Positions 31,327 to 40,888 of a stretch of 64,000 nt of DNA are shown piece after piece. Every line of letters starts with the position of its first letter. Position 1 is the stretch's first letter. The translations under genes and the position numbers were made by a program. The notes below the pieces were generated by a model. It saw nothing but the letters and a program-made list of their open reading frames with translations, was not told the origin of the DNA and made no database searches. This DNA is from an uncultured delta proteobacterium (GTDB taxonomy: Bacteria; Myxococcota_A; Polyangia; Polyangiales; Polyangiaceae): NCBI GenBank assembly GCA_963782055.1, contig CAWAIF010000003.1, positions 2,464,001 to 2,528,000 of the forward strand, written 5' to 3'.

Positions 31327-32492
31327 GCGCGAGACTCCCGCGCGCGGTGGGCCACGACCCGCGGGCACTCCGGGTCGGGGCCGACGACGCCGTCGACGTA
31401 CGACGAGACGACCTTGCAGCCGCCGCGGCACACCCGCGCGAGCTCGCACGCGTCGCACGGCGCCGCTGGCGCGAGAGGGTAGTCGCGGACCTCGCGCGTC
31501 GCCGCGTCGTCGCCCACGCCGCGGTCGAGCGCGTCGCCGCGCGCGGAGCCCGGACCGAGGAAGCTGCACGGCGCGACCCGGCCGTCCGACCGCACCGCGG
31601 CGAGGGCGGCGCCCGCCTCGCACCCGAGCACGCCCGCCCGCGTGAAGTCGTCGGCCTTGCCGTAGAGCTCGGCGTCGCCGGAGAGCAGCGGCACCAGCGC
31701 GCAGTCGATGCGGACGCGGAAGCCGTCGGCCCGCTCGCGCACCCAGGCCCGCAGGGTGGGGCCGAGCGCGGCCACCTGCGCGCGCGAGAGGCGCCGGTCC
31801 AGGTACTCCAGGCGCGCGGCGCGCCCGGCGGGCTTGTAGCGGAGGAGCTGCGCCTCGCACGCGCCGAGCTCGCGCGCGCGCTCGAGCGTCGCCTCGAGGG
31901 ACGGGAAGCTCTGCCGCGTGAGCACGACGTTCACCCCGGTGCGCACGCCCGACGCGACGAGCAGGCCGACGGCGTTCTCCGCGGCGCGCGCGCCATCGAA
32001 GCCGCGCACCGCCGCGTACGCCGCGGCGTCGCCGTCGTAGCTCACGTTGATCTGCGCGAAGCCGGCGAGGCGCTTCGCGCGCTCGGGGGTGAGGCCGAGG
32101 CCGCTCGTGGTGAGCACCGGCGTGATGCCTCGCGCGCGCGCCTCCGCCGCGAGCTCGTCCAGGTCGTCGCGCAGGATGGGCTCGCCGCCGCCGAAGGCGA
32201 CGGTGAAGACGCCGGCGCGCTCCATGGCGTCGAGGGTCGCCAGCAGATCGGCGCGCGGCACGTGGTGGCCGTCCGGTCGGGCGTCCAGGTAGCAGCCCTC
32301 GCACCCCGCGCCGCAGCGGCTGGTCACCGCGAGGTGCACCTCCAGCGGCGCGCTCGCGGCAGGGGCCTCGCGGTCCCACACAGGCGCGCCGTCCACGCCG
32401 AGGGCGCGCACGCCGTCGCGGTCCAGGGCGACCAGCGCGGGCATGCTCTCCAGCTTCGCCCAGGCGCCCCACGGCTCCAGCCGCAGCCTCAC
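31323..32492 (-). CDS. Radical SAM protein with SPASM/twitch domain
   Basis: CGAGCEGC (CX3CX2C), GGGEP, and C-terminal CEAG..DG.V.PC...CDAC.....CRGGC...DPEC. Confidence 0.93.
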   Translation of the reverse strand: MRLRLEPWGAWAKLESMPALVALDRDGVRALGVDGAPVWDREAPAASAPLEVHLAVTSRCGAGCEGCYLDARPDGHHVPRADLLATLDAMERAGVFTVAFGGGEPILRDDLDELAAEARARGITPVLTTSGLGLTPERAKRLAGFAQINVSYDGDAAAYAAVRGFDGARAAENAVGLLVASGVRTGVNVVLTRQSFPSLEATLERARELGACEAQLLRYKPAGRAARLEYLDRRLSRAQVAALGPTLRAWVRERADGFRVRIDCALVPLLSGDAELYGKADDFTRAGVLGCEAGAALAAVRSDGRVAPCSFLGPGSARGDALDRGVGDDAATREVRDYPLAPAAPCDACELARVCRGGCKVVSSYVDGVVGPDPECPRVVAHRARESRA

Positions 32493-32752
32493 GGCGCCGC
32501 CTCCTCGTCGGGCGGGGCGTCCTTCGCCGCGGGCGCGTCCGCGGCCTCCGGCCTCGACGCCCCCGGTCCGCCGCCGCCGACCACCGTCACCTTCTCTGCG
32601 GCGAGCGCGGCCGCGACCGCCGCGAGCAGCGCGCCGCCCGCGACGCCCATCACGAAGAGGGTGTCCACCACGCTGCCGATGCTGGAGCAGTTGGCGCCGT
32701 GGCCTTCGCGCACGGCACGCACGTTCTGTTCGCGGACGTCGCGGTCGCTCAT
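32489..32752 (-). CDS. Small protein, candidate radical SAM substrate
   Basis: 87 aa: VRAVREGHGANCSSIGS, then one TM segment and an acidic tail; ATGA and GTGA overlaps on both sides. Confidence 0.7.
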   Translation of the reverse strand: MSDRDVREQNVRAVREGHGANCSSIGSVVDTLFVMGVAGGALLAAVAAALAAEKVTVVGGGGPGASRPEAADAPAAKDAPPDEEAAP

Positions 32753-33843
32753 AGTCCGAAGCCGTCCAGATAGTGCGCGTCGATGCTGCGCAGCAAGAGG
32801 AAGGCGGCCCCGACGACCGCGCCGGAGGCGAGCAGCGCCCGGAAGACGCGCGCCGCGGTGCGCGGCGAGCCGGCGGCGCTCCACGCCCGCGCGATGAGCG
32901 CGATGGCGATCGCCGAGCCGCCGAAGGCGAAGAAGGGCAGGGCGTGCCCCTTCTCGTAGCGGGTGACGAGCACCGCGCCGACGCACGCGAGGTACAGGCC
33001 GTACGCCAGCGCGAGCGGGAGGAAGGCGCGGACGGGCGCGGCTACCCCGCGGTGCTTGCGCGCGACCGCCACGCCGGAGAAGGCGGCCAGGGCGGCCAGG
33101 AGCGCCACGGCGATCCACCCCAGCACGCGCCGCCGCTCCAGCCGCTTCACCTTCGCCAGGAGCGAGGGATCACTCGCCGCGATGCGCGCGGCGGCCACGC
33201 GCGCCCCGGCCAGATCACCCGCGGCCACACGCAGGTTGACCAGGCGAGACGACGCCTCCGCGCGCAGGATGCGGTCAGCGCTGGCGTCGGCCGACACGAG
33301 GTCGAGCTCGCGCATGCCGTCGGCGGGGCGGTCGAGCCGCGAGAGGTAGGCCTCCGCGGCGAGCATGCGCGCCTCCGCGCGGCACGGGCCGTCGGGGAAG
33401 GTGTCGGCGTCGCGGGCGAGGGCGTCGATCGCCGCGGGATCGGAGGTGGCCTGGGGATCGCGCCGGACCTTCTCGAGCCGGCGAAGCGGGGCGAAGCCGC
33501 CCTCCGAGTGGGCGCGCAGGGCGTCGATGCGCGTGTGCGCGCGCTGGGCATAGCGGAAGGAGGGGGAGGCCGTGATCGCCGCCTGGTACTGCGCGAGGGC
33601 GTTCGCGAAGGCGAGGTCCTTCTCGTCCATGCCGCCGAGCTGGTAGTGGGCCTGTGCGGCGACCCGCGCGTCGCCGGACCGCGTGGCGTCGTCGAGCAGC
33701 GCCCGCGCCGCGGCGGTGTCGCCGCGCGCGGCGTCGGCCTGGGCCTGGTCGAAGACATCGGCCAGCGCGGGGCGCGCCGCCGACCACGCGATCAGGAGCG
33801 TCAGGAGGACGGTCAGGAGCGCCCGGAGCCGGCTGAGGCGCAC
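32749..33843 (-). CDS. Exported TPR-like protein with C-terminal TM helices
   Basis: Signal peptide, AHYQLG...ALAQYQAAI TPR-like helices, about 4 TMs. Confidence 0.75.
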   Translation of the reverse strand: MRLSRLRALLTVLLTLLIAWSAARPALADVFDQAQADAARGDTAAARALLDDATRSGDARVAAQAHYQLGGMDEKDLAFANALAQYQAAITASPSFRYAQRAHTRIDALRAHSEGGFAPLRRLEKVRRDPQATSDPAAIDALARDADTFPDGPCRAEARMLAAEAYLSRLDRPADGMRELDLVSADASADRILRAEASSRLVNLRVAAGDLAGARVAAARIAASDPSLLAKVKRLERRRVLGWIAVALLAALAAFSGVAVARKHRGVAAPVRAFLPLALAYGLYLACVGAVLVTRYEKGHALPFFAFGGSAIAIALIARAWSAAGSPRTAARVFRALLASGAVVGAAFLLLRSIDAHYLDGFGL

Positions 33844-33902
33844 CCGCGCGCACCCGGGACGCAAAACGGCTCCCCGGGCGTTACCCTGCACGAAGATTTC
33901 CG

Positions 33903-35804
33903 GTGCTCCACAAACTTTGGTACCCAAACGTGGTGCGCTCGCGGTCAGCCCTCCGGTGCCCTTCGGGCGATTGCCCCGCGCGTGCGCGGGTGCTGTGCGG
34001 CCTTGCAGCTTTGCTCTCGGTCCTGGCCGGATGCAAGGGCTGCAAGAACGACCATCCGTATGTGCCCTACAGCATCGACGACGAGGCGGGCGCCGACGCC
34101 GACGTGACCGACGCCGAGGTGGCCGAGCCGGACGTGGGCACGCCGGTGGAGGTCTTCGCCACGGTGGCGCCGGCCGGGGCGACCACCTGGTCGCTCCAGG
34201 GGCTGGACGTCGTGGCTCCCGCCGGGCAGGTCTTCGAGCTGGGCCTGCCCGTCGACCCCGGCGGGGAAGGGCACCGCGGCGTGGTGGCGATCGTGCGCAA
34301 GCAGATCGACCCCAACGATCCCGGAGCGCTCGTCTACTACCCGCCGGGCAAGGGGGGCGCGGTCGGGCCTCCCCAGACGCTCGCGCCCTCGCCGACGCTG
34401 GGCACGCCGGGCTCGACCTGCAAGGCGACCCGCCGCCTCTCGGCGGTGGGCAAGCGCAGCGTCGTCGTGGAGCGTGGCGTCGAGTGTCCGGTGGCCTCCT
34501 CGCGCGTGCCCGACCGGAGCTTCCAGGTCTGGATGATCGGCGACAAGCCACGGCAGCACTTCGCCGCCGACGTCATCGACCCGGCAGGCGCGCCGAAGCT
34601 CTCGCTCGACGCCGACGCCGCCGATCGCGATGGCGACGGCATCGAGGACGTGACGCTGCACGTCTCGGTGGAGGGCGGCGGGGCGCCCTTCGAGCCGCTG
34701 CCGCACACGACGGCCACCATCAAGTGGTTCGACCGGCCGGCGGGCATGAGCCGCGACGCCAACGATCCCGAGGCGTCGCTGCACTCCCTCGCCTATGTCG
34801 CCGCCGTCCGCGCGGCGAAGGCCTCCACCGCGCCGCAGGTCCCCGACAGGGTGCGCGCGCTCCGCGCGCTCTACGTGGCGATGTGCGCCGAGGGGGGCGC
34901 GCCTCGCCTCGTGCACGTGCTGGGCGGCGGCCCGATGCAGTGCGGGCCGAGCCACGCGCTGGAGCAGGCGGGCCTCGCCGACACTCGCGCCTACGCCACG
35001 ATGGGCGACGCCCTGCGCGCCGTCACCGCGCTGGATCGCGCGCAGATCCCTCCGGCGACCAGGACCGCGGCGCGCACCGGCGACGCCCTGGCGTGGATCA
35101 ACCAGGTGGCGCCCACCGCGACGCCGGTGTCCATCCGGCAGGTCGCGGCGGTCCCGCTGGTGGAGCGCGGCAAGCAGCCGGCGTGGGGCGCGCTCGCCTT
35201 CGAGACCGACGGCAAGCTGCTGGTGCGCACCGCGGCGGGCGTCGTGCACGTCGACCCGGACCTGGGCGACGAGCTGGAGGCCATCGACGTGGCGCCGTGG
35301 GGCATGCCCGTGCTCTCGCCCGATGGCGCGCTGCGCTTCATCGAGGCGTACGACGCGTGCGACGGCGTCGCGCTGCACGCCACGCTCGCCCCCACCGGCG
35401 ACGGCGACATGGTGGAGGCGTCCTTGCCCATCGCGCCGCTCGGCGCCACGTGCAAGAGCTCGCGCGGGCAGCCGGTGCCGGCGATCCCGCTCGCCTGGGG
35501 GCTGGGCGGGCTCGCGGCGGTGGTGGCCGGCGAGCCGGTGCTGATCGCGCGCGACGGCAAGGCGTCGCTGCTCCACGCCCTGCCCGGCGACGCGGTCACC
35601 CTCGGCTCGCCCCGGTCGCCCGACGGCAAGACGTGGGTGGTGCCGACGAGCCAGGGCATCCTGATCGTCGGCGCCAGCTCGCGGCTGCTGCGCCACAAGG
35701 ACCTGGACGGCACCTACGCGGAGCAGCGAGGCTGCACGGTGAGCGACGGCGGCACCCGCGTGGCGTGCGTCCACGCCGGCCGCGTCTGGGTCGCCACCAT
35801 GTAG
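33903..35804 (+). CDS. Hypothetical lipoprotein
   Basis: LAGC lipobox; DRDGDG Ca-binding-like loop; start uncertain. Confidence 0.7.
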   Translation: MLHKLWYPNVVRSRSALRCPSGDCPARARVLCGLAALLSVLAGCKGCKNDHPYVPYSIDDEAGADADVTDAEVAEPDVGTPVEVFATVAPAGATTWSLQGLDVVAPAGQVFELGLPVDPGGEGHRGVVAIVRKQIDPNDPGALVYYPPGKGGAVGPPQTLAPSPTLGTPGSTCKATRRLSAVGKRSVVVERGVECPVASSRVPDRSFQVWMIGDKPRQHFAADVIDPAGAPKLSLDADAADRDGDGIEDVTLHVSVEGGGAPFEPLPHTTATIKWFDRPAGMSRDANDPEASLHSLAYVAAVRAAKASTAPQVPDRVRALRALYVAMCAEGGAPRLVHVLGGGPMQCGPSHALEQAGLADTRAYATMGDALRAVTALDRAQIPPATRTAARTGDALAWINQVAPTATPVSIRQVAAVPLVERGKQPAWGALAFETDGKLLVRTAAGVVHVDPDLGDELEAIDVAPWGMPVLSPDGALRFIEAYDACDGVALHATLAPTGDGDMVEASLPIAPLGATCKSSRGQPVPAIPLAWGLGGLAAVVAGEPVLIARDGKASLLHALPGDAVTLGSPRSPDGKTWVVPTSQGILIVGASSRLLRHKDLDGTYAEQRGCTVSDGGTRVACVHAGRVWVATM

Positions 35805-35806
35805 AT

Positions 35807-36436
35807 TCAGGGGGCCGGGGAGCAGGGCGCCAGCACCGACTCCAGCGCGCGCCGGAGCATCGCGGTGGCGTCGGCGGGGGAGAGGTGCAGGGCGTAGCGC
35901 ATCGTGTCCCAGGTGCGGCCGTGCGCGAGCAGGTCCAGCGCGTCGAGCAGCTCGCGCTTGTCCGGCCGGCCGTCGAGCTCCCGCGCGAACACCTGCTCCA
36001 CCTCCCGGCGGCGTCGCTGCCAGGCCTCGTCGGTGGCGCGGCCGATCGCCGTCGACGCGCGCACGTGCTTCTGCGCGGTGTCGAGGAAGCTCGCCGCGCG
36101 GCGAACGGGCGAGCAGAACTCCAGCTCTCGACCTCGCACGTCGGCGAAGGCGGCGACGCGATTGGCCATGGGCAGGCGGGCGTCGACGTAGTCGCGCAGC
36201 GGCGCCACGCGCCGGGCGTGCTCCTCCACGGCCGCGAGGAAGAGGTCCTCGCGGGAGGGGAAGTGCTGGCGGATGGACCGCACCGCGACGCCCGCGCGCC
36301 GGGCGATCTGCGCCGCGGTGGGCTCCAGGTTCCCCTCCTCGACCAGGTCGAGCAGCGCCGCCACGATGCCGCGGTGCGTGCGGGCCGAGCGCTCGCGTCG
36401 CCCGTCCTTCTTGTCGTCGTCTCGCGGCGGAAGCAT
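35807..36436 (-). CDS. TetR/AcrR family regulator
   Basis: PTAAQIARRAGVAVRSIRQHFPSREDL HTH. Confidence 0.9.
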   Translation of the reverse strand: MLPPRDDDKKDGRRERSARTHRGIVAALLDLVEEGNLEPTAAQIARRAGVAVRSIRQHFPSREDLFLAAVEEHARRVAPLRDYVDARLPMANRVAAFADVRGRELEFCSPVRRAASFLDTAQKHVRASTAIGRATDEAWQRRRREVEQVFARELDGRPDKRELLDALDLLAHGRTWDTMRYALHLSPADATAMLRRALESVLAPCSPAP

Positions 36437-36471
36437 CGCGGCCTGGAGTATCGCGTATCCGCGGCCCGCCG

Positions 36472-37947
36472 TCACGGCAGGCATGGCGGCATGCCGAGGT
36501 CGGAGCACGCGGGGAGGGGCTGGCCATCGAGGAGTGCCAGACCCCACCGGATGGCGAAGTCGGCGTTGCGGTCGACCACCGTCTGGTGCTGAGCGGCGGC
36601 GTCCACGCACACCTGCGGCGTGACGCCGTCGGCCAGGAGCTTCTGGACGTTGCACGCGGCCTCGCTCGCGGCGGGCATGATGTAGTCGGACAGCCCCTGG
36701 ACGTAGAGCACCTTCGCGCCCTTCGGGTCGGCGGTGACGAGGTTGCTCTCGAGGTATGCGTGGTAGCTCTTGCCTGGCTCGACGCACCCGGCGGCCTGAT
36801 CGCCGCCGTCGACGCACGCGAGCAAGGAGGTGCGAAGCTCGTCGTCGACGAAGTCCTTCACGTGCAGCGCGTTGCCCTGCAGCCACCCGCCCAGGGGCGC
36901 CTGGCAGAGGGAGGTGACCGCGCTGTCGAAGCCGGCGCGCGCCGGCGCGGGGAAGCCGTCGTCGGCGTGGCCCGCGCCCGCGTGGTTGAAGAAGTAACCG
37001 AACGTCCGCATCACCGCGACGACGTTGTCGCTGATCCCGGTCTGGATGGTGAGCTCGTCGGGGTTGCGGAGCATGTCGAGGTAGTCGAAGGAGTTGAGGC
37101 GCGTGGGCCACTCCGGCGCGAAGGCGATGACGCCGACGAGATCGTCGCCGGCGCCGTAGCTCGACGCGATCGCCTGCGCGGAGAGCACCGCGCCGCCGCC
37201 CTGGCTGTAGCCGACGGCGAGCACCTCGTCGGAGAGCGCGCCGGGGGCCAGCAGCTTGCGCAGCGCGCGCGCGCCGTCGAGGATGGAGTGCGCCTGATCG
37301 CGGTTGTCGAGGTAGCCCTGCACGCCCTCGTTCCCCAGGCCGGCGTAGTCGGGGACGATCACCGCGTAGCCGAGGCCCGCCCACGGGAGGGCCAGCTCGC
37401 GGTTGGAGGTGGCGTCCATCGACGGCGCGCAGCCGTCGGCGATGCCGTCGGTGGGGTGGCCGACGACGATCACCGGGAGGGGCAGGGTCGCCGGCGCGAC
37501 GGGGAGGTAGACGCGTGCCGTGCTCACGCCGGGCGAGCCGTCGCCGCGCTCTGTGCGGAAGGCGACGCGGTAGATCGTCACGCCGGTGGTCATGGGCGTG
37601 GTGAGTCCCTTGTCGGCGACCTGCGCCTTGACCTCGGCGAGGGTGGTCGGGCCGTCCAGGGCGCAGCGCACCAGGTCGCCACGCGCGGCGGTGGTCATCG
37701 GCGGCAGGGCCGGCGTGACGTACACGTGGTCCAGGGTGTCGCCGCAGGGCACGGCGGGGACATCGGCGCGCGGTGGCGCGCTCGCGTCGGTCGCCGCGCC
37801 GGCGTCGCTGCGGGCGCCCCCGTCCGGTGACGGTGCGGCCGCGCCGGCGTCGTCCGCCGCGGTCGGCCCGGCATCAAGCGTGAGCGGCGCGCCTGAGCAG
37901 GCGGCGAGCGAGAGCACGAACAGACCGAAGAGCCCCCGGCGCAGCAT
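36472..37947 (-). CDS. Secretory-lipase-like alpha/beta hydrolase lipoprotein
   Basis: LAAC lipobox; PDYAGLG; GYSQG nucleophile elbow. Confidence 0.85.
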   Translation of the reverse strand: MLRRGLFGLFVLSLAACSGAPLTLDAGPTAADDAGAAAPSPDGGARSDAGAATDASAPPRADVPAVPCGDTLDHVYVTPALPPMTTAARGDLVRCALDGPTTLAEVKAQVADKGLTTPMTTGVTIYRVAFRTERGDGSPGVSTARVYLPVAPATLPLPVIVVGHPTDGIADGCAPSMDATSNRELALPWAGLGYAVIVPDYAGLGNEGVQGYLDNRDQAHSILDGARALRKLLAPGALSDEVLAVGYSQGGGAVLSAQAIASSYGAGDDLVGVIAFAPEWPTRLNSFDYLDMLRNPDELTIQTGISDNVVAVMRTFGYFFNHAGAGHADDGFPAPARAGFDSAVTSLCQAPLGGWLQGNALHVKDFVDDELRTSLLACVDGGDQAAGCVEPGKSYHAYLESNLVTADPKGAKVLYVQGLSDYIMPAASEAACNVQKLLADGVTPQVCVDAAAQHQTVVDRNADFAIRWGLALLDGQPLPACSDLGMPPCLP

Positions 37948-37964
37948 GCCGGAGGCTCTACCAC

Positions 37965-37992
37965 AACTATTTGCCGACGCTGGCAAATAGTT
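37965..37992. promoter_or_regulatory. Candidate TetR operator AACTATTTGCC-N6-GGCAAATAGTT
   Basis: Perfect 11-bp AT-rich inverted repeat just upstream of the lipase-tetR genes. Confidence 0.55.
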
Positions 37993-38028
37993 TGCGCGGC
38001 CGAAAGGCGGGGCCGCGCGGCGTGGGCG

Positions 38029-38463
38029 TCACGGCGTGACGGTGAGGGTCCCGTGCATCGTCTTGTAGTGGCCGGGGAAGGTGCAGATGTACGGGTACGT
38101 CCCCGCCGCGGGCGCGGTGAACTGCACCTCCACCTGACCGCCCGGAGTGGACAGCGGGGTGTGCGCGATGATGTTGGGGTCGCTGGCGTTGACGTAGCCC
38201 GCGGCCTCGCCGGCGGTCATGCCAGCCTGCGCGACCTCGTCCTCCTTGCCCGGCTTCACCAGCACCCAGTTGTGCTTCATCGCCTGGGAGGTGGCGTGGT
38301 TGGTGAGCGTGAGGTGGACCTTCTGGCCGGCCTTCACGGTCATCGCCGCCGTGTCGTACGTCATGGTGTCGCCCACCGAGGCGATGTTGAGCTCCGCCGT
38401 GCCCTTGCCGCACGCGACGAGAAGGACGGAAGCTGCGGCGGCGTACAGAAATGAGTTTCGCAT
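38029..38463 (-). CDS. Azurin/auracyanin-like blue copper lipoprotein
   Basis: MKHNWV and YICTFPGHYKTM type-1 Cu ligands; LVAC lipobox. Confidence 0.92.
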   Translation of the reverse strand: MRNSFLYAAAASVLLVACGKGTAELNIASVGDTMTYDTAAMTVKAGQKVHLTLTNHATSQAMKHNWVLVKPGKEDEVAQAGMTAGEAAGYVNASDPNIIAHTPLSTPGGQVEVQFTAPAAGTYPYICTFPGHYKTMHGTLTVTP

Positions 38464-38601
38464 GGCTCCGCATTTGGCGACATACACGCCCGCCGTCAAG
38501 CGTCGCCCGCGCGATCCTTGCAGCTCCCGTCATCCCGGGATCGGACGCCCCGGACCGCCGCTGGGCCAGGTGTCGTGGGCGCGCCCGGATGTCAGGTGGA
38601 C

Positions 38602-39225
38602 TTACTTCGGCGAAGAGGGGCTGCGCGTGCCGGCCCTCCGCGGGGCCGTGGTGCAGAGGATGTCGTCCTCCTCGCGGGTGCTCTGCAGGCACTGCACGCG
38701 GGAGTCGTTGCAGCGCACGACGAGGACGCCGTGGTCGTGGAGGGTGGCGAGCGGGGTGCTCGCGTTCTGCACCGCGCGCGCGGGTGTCTGCGCTTCGCAG
38801 CCGGAGGCCATGAGCAGGTCGACGCGCCGGCCGCCGCCGACGAGCTCGATCTTGTCGAGTCGCGCCTTCGCCGCGGCGGAGCCCTTGTCCATCGCCCGGA
38901 CGATGGGCGTGAGCTGCGTGACCAGGTGCTTCACCCACGGCTCGTCCACCGGCGGCTCGTCCACCGCGGGCTGCGCCATCGCCGTCATGTAGGCGATGGC
39001 CTTCATCTGGACCTCCTGCGGATCGCCGGAGCCGACGGTGTTCTGCGGCTTGGGGATGGGCCGCGGCGGCATGAAGGCGGAGGCGGGAGGGCGAGGCTTG
39101 GCCGTGGCGGAGGCGCTCGCCTGCGGCGCGGGCGCCGCGCCTGCTTCGAGGATCGCGGCGACGCCCGGCGCGGGCTTGTCGCACCCGACGGCGAGGATGG
39201 TCCAGACGACAACCCAGGCGCGCAT
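38602..39225 (-). CDS. Hypothetical lipoprotein
   Basis: LAVGC lipobox; Pro/Ala linker; Cys-containing C-terminus. Confidence 0.7.
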   Translation of the reverse strand: MRAWVVVWTILAVGCDKPAPGVAAILEAGAAPAPQASASATAKPRPPASAFMPPRPIPKPQNTVGSGDPQEVQMKAIAYMTAMAQPAVDEPPVDEPWVKHLVTQLTPIVRAMDKGSAAAKARLDKIELVGGGRRVDLLMASGCEAQTPARAVQNASTPLATLHDHGVLVVRCNDSRVQCLQSTREEDDILCTTAPRRAGTRSPSSPK

Positions 39226-39250
39226 GCCTTCCTGATACCATGCTCGCGTG

Positions 39251-40075
39251 GTGCGCCGTGAAGAAGCAGGTCGTCCGTCGGGCATGCCCGACGAACGACC
39301 TGCCTCAAGCTGCGCTTCTCCAGCGGGTGAGAGTCCCGCACCGGTAAGCGTCGGAGCGCCGGGTAGCAGGCCCCAGCCGAGCGGGAGAGATCCCGTCGGC
39401 CGAGCGGGGCGTCGAAAGGGTCCACGGACCGAGCGAGCACGCGGGCCGCAACATGAAGTGAAGCTTGCAGCCTCGTCAGATCTACAAACCGGGAGCCGAG
39501 CCGATCATGTCGCGGCGAAGGCAATATCGGCGGCGCCAGATCCGAAACGCGCCGTCGGTCCCGGCGGGGTAGGGAGCGCAGCACGCGTGCAAGGAGGAGT
39601 GCGGAACTCGGGAGGCCCGTCTGCGTCGCCCTCGTCGGGGCAAGGCGCGTCGTATAAGCCAGAGGCGAAGTCGGCCGCTGCGCAGCGGGAGTCCGAGGGG
39701 GTCACTGTACCGAAGAGCGAGGCGCGAGCTTCGCGAACGAACGCCGTGAAGAACAACGCGGCAGGAGGGAAAGACCCCTGCAGTGGTCGTGTCGGCGGAG
39801 CAGGTAAGCGCGAGGGCATGGCCGGCGAGACCGGTCCCAACCACCCCCATCGGCGACAGCCCATGGACAAAGTGCGACAACTGCAACGCCGGCTGTGTGC
39901 CGCGGCCAAGCGGCATCCGGAGCGCCGATTCCACGCGCTGTATGACCGCATCGCGAGGCGTGACGTCCTCGCGGAAGCGTGGAAGCGGGTAAGGAGGAAC
40001 AAGGGAGCCGCGGGCGTCGATGGCGAGCTGGTTCGTTATGCGGACGACTTCGTCGTGATGTGCAGGACGAAGCGT
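39251..40075 (+). mobile_element. Group II intron, 5' half
   Basis: GTGCG 5' end, long non-coding region, then RT ORF; cut by IS21 at 40076. Confidence 0.88.
39863..40075 (+). pseudogene. ltrA: Group II intron RT/maturase N-terminal part with internal deletion
   Basis: [23 protein letters not shown] (RT0) joined directly to [11 protein letters not shown] (RT5). Confidence 0.88.
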
Positions 40076-40888
40076 TGTGCGTTCCGGAAATTCTGAGGAC
40101 TGTTTTCCAGAAAATCTGACAGCCCCTGTGTCTCGGTCATCGAGCCGGAGTTCGTCCTCGGGAAGGTGCTTCGTCCTGAGCGATGGCCCGTCGAGACGTA
40201 GCAGCCGACCGTGCTCGAGGATTCGATCGACGATGGCCTCGGCGAGGTCATCGTCGTGCAGGACGGCCCCCCAGCGCTTCGGGTGCTTGTTGGTGGTGAA
40301 GACCATGGCGCGGCGGCGGATGTGTCGGTCGTTGACGACGTGGTAGAGCACGTTGGCGGCATCGTCGCCGTAGCCAAGGTAACCGACCTCGTCGACCACC
40401 AGGACGTGAGGCTTGACGTAGCGCCCGAGCGTGTCGCGCATGGTGCCGTCACGACTGGCGGCGGACAGGTCGTCGATGAGCTCCGCCGCGGTCGTGAAGA
40501 GCGCATCGAAGCCGTTCTGCATCGCGCGGTACGCGATGGCGACGGCGAGGTGCGTCTTGCCGCGGCCAGGCTTGCCCTCGAGGATGACCGAATGACCTTC
40601 GGTGACGAAGTCCGGGGTGAGCAGCGAGCCGATGGTCGTGAGGCGCAGGCTCGACTGGTAGGTGAAGTCGAACTCCTCGATGGTGCGCAGGAAGGGAAAG
40701 CCGGCGGCGCGGACGGCGCGAGCGAGCCGCGTGCCGCGGCGATGCGCGACCTCCTCCGAGAAGAGCGTGAGGAGCAGCGCGTCGTACGACCAGTCTTCCT
40801 TCTCGGCGCGCTGGACGAGGTCGCGCCAGGTGCGGCGCGCGTTGGCGAGGTGCAGGCGCTTGAGCAGCGGGTCGAGGTCGGAGCTCAC
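40076..40888 (-). CDS. istB: IS21 helper ATPase IstB (ORF runs past the IS end to 39482)
   Basis: [11 protein letters not shown]alker A, LVVDEVGY Walker B, AIVDRIL. Confidence 0.93.

Noticed and set aside
21733..40075. Diversity-generating retroelement (Avd-like genes plus an RT in one window)
   Set aside because: The RT has group II intron features (YADD, domain X, domains V/VI, GTGCG..AT ends) and lies 17 kb away; no TR/VR pair was found
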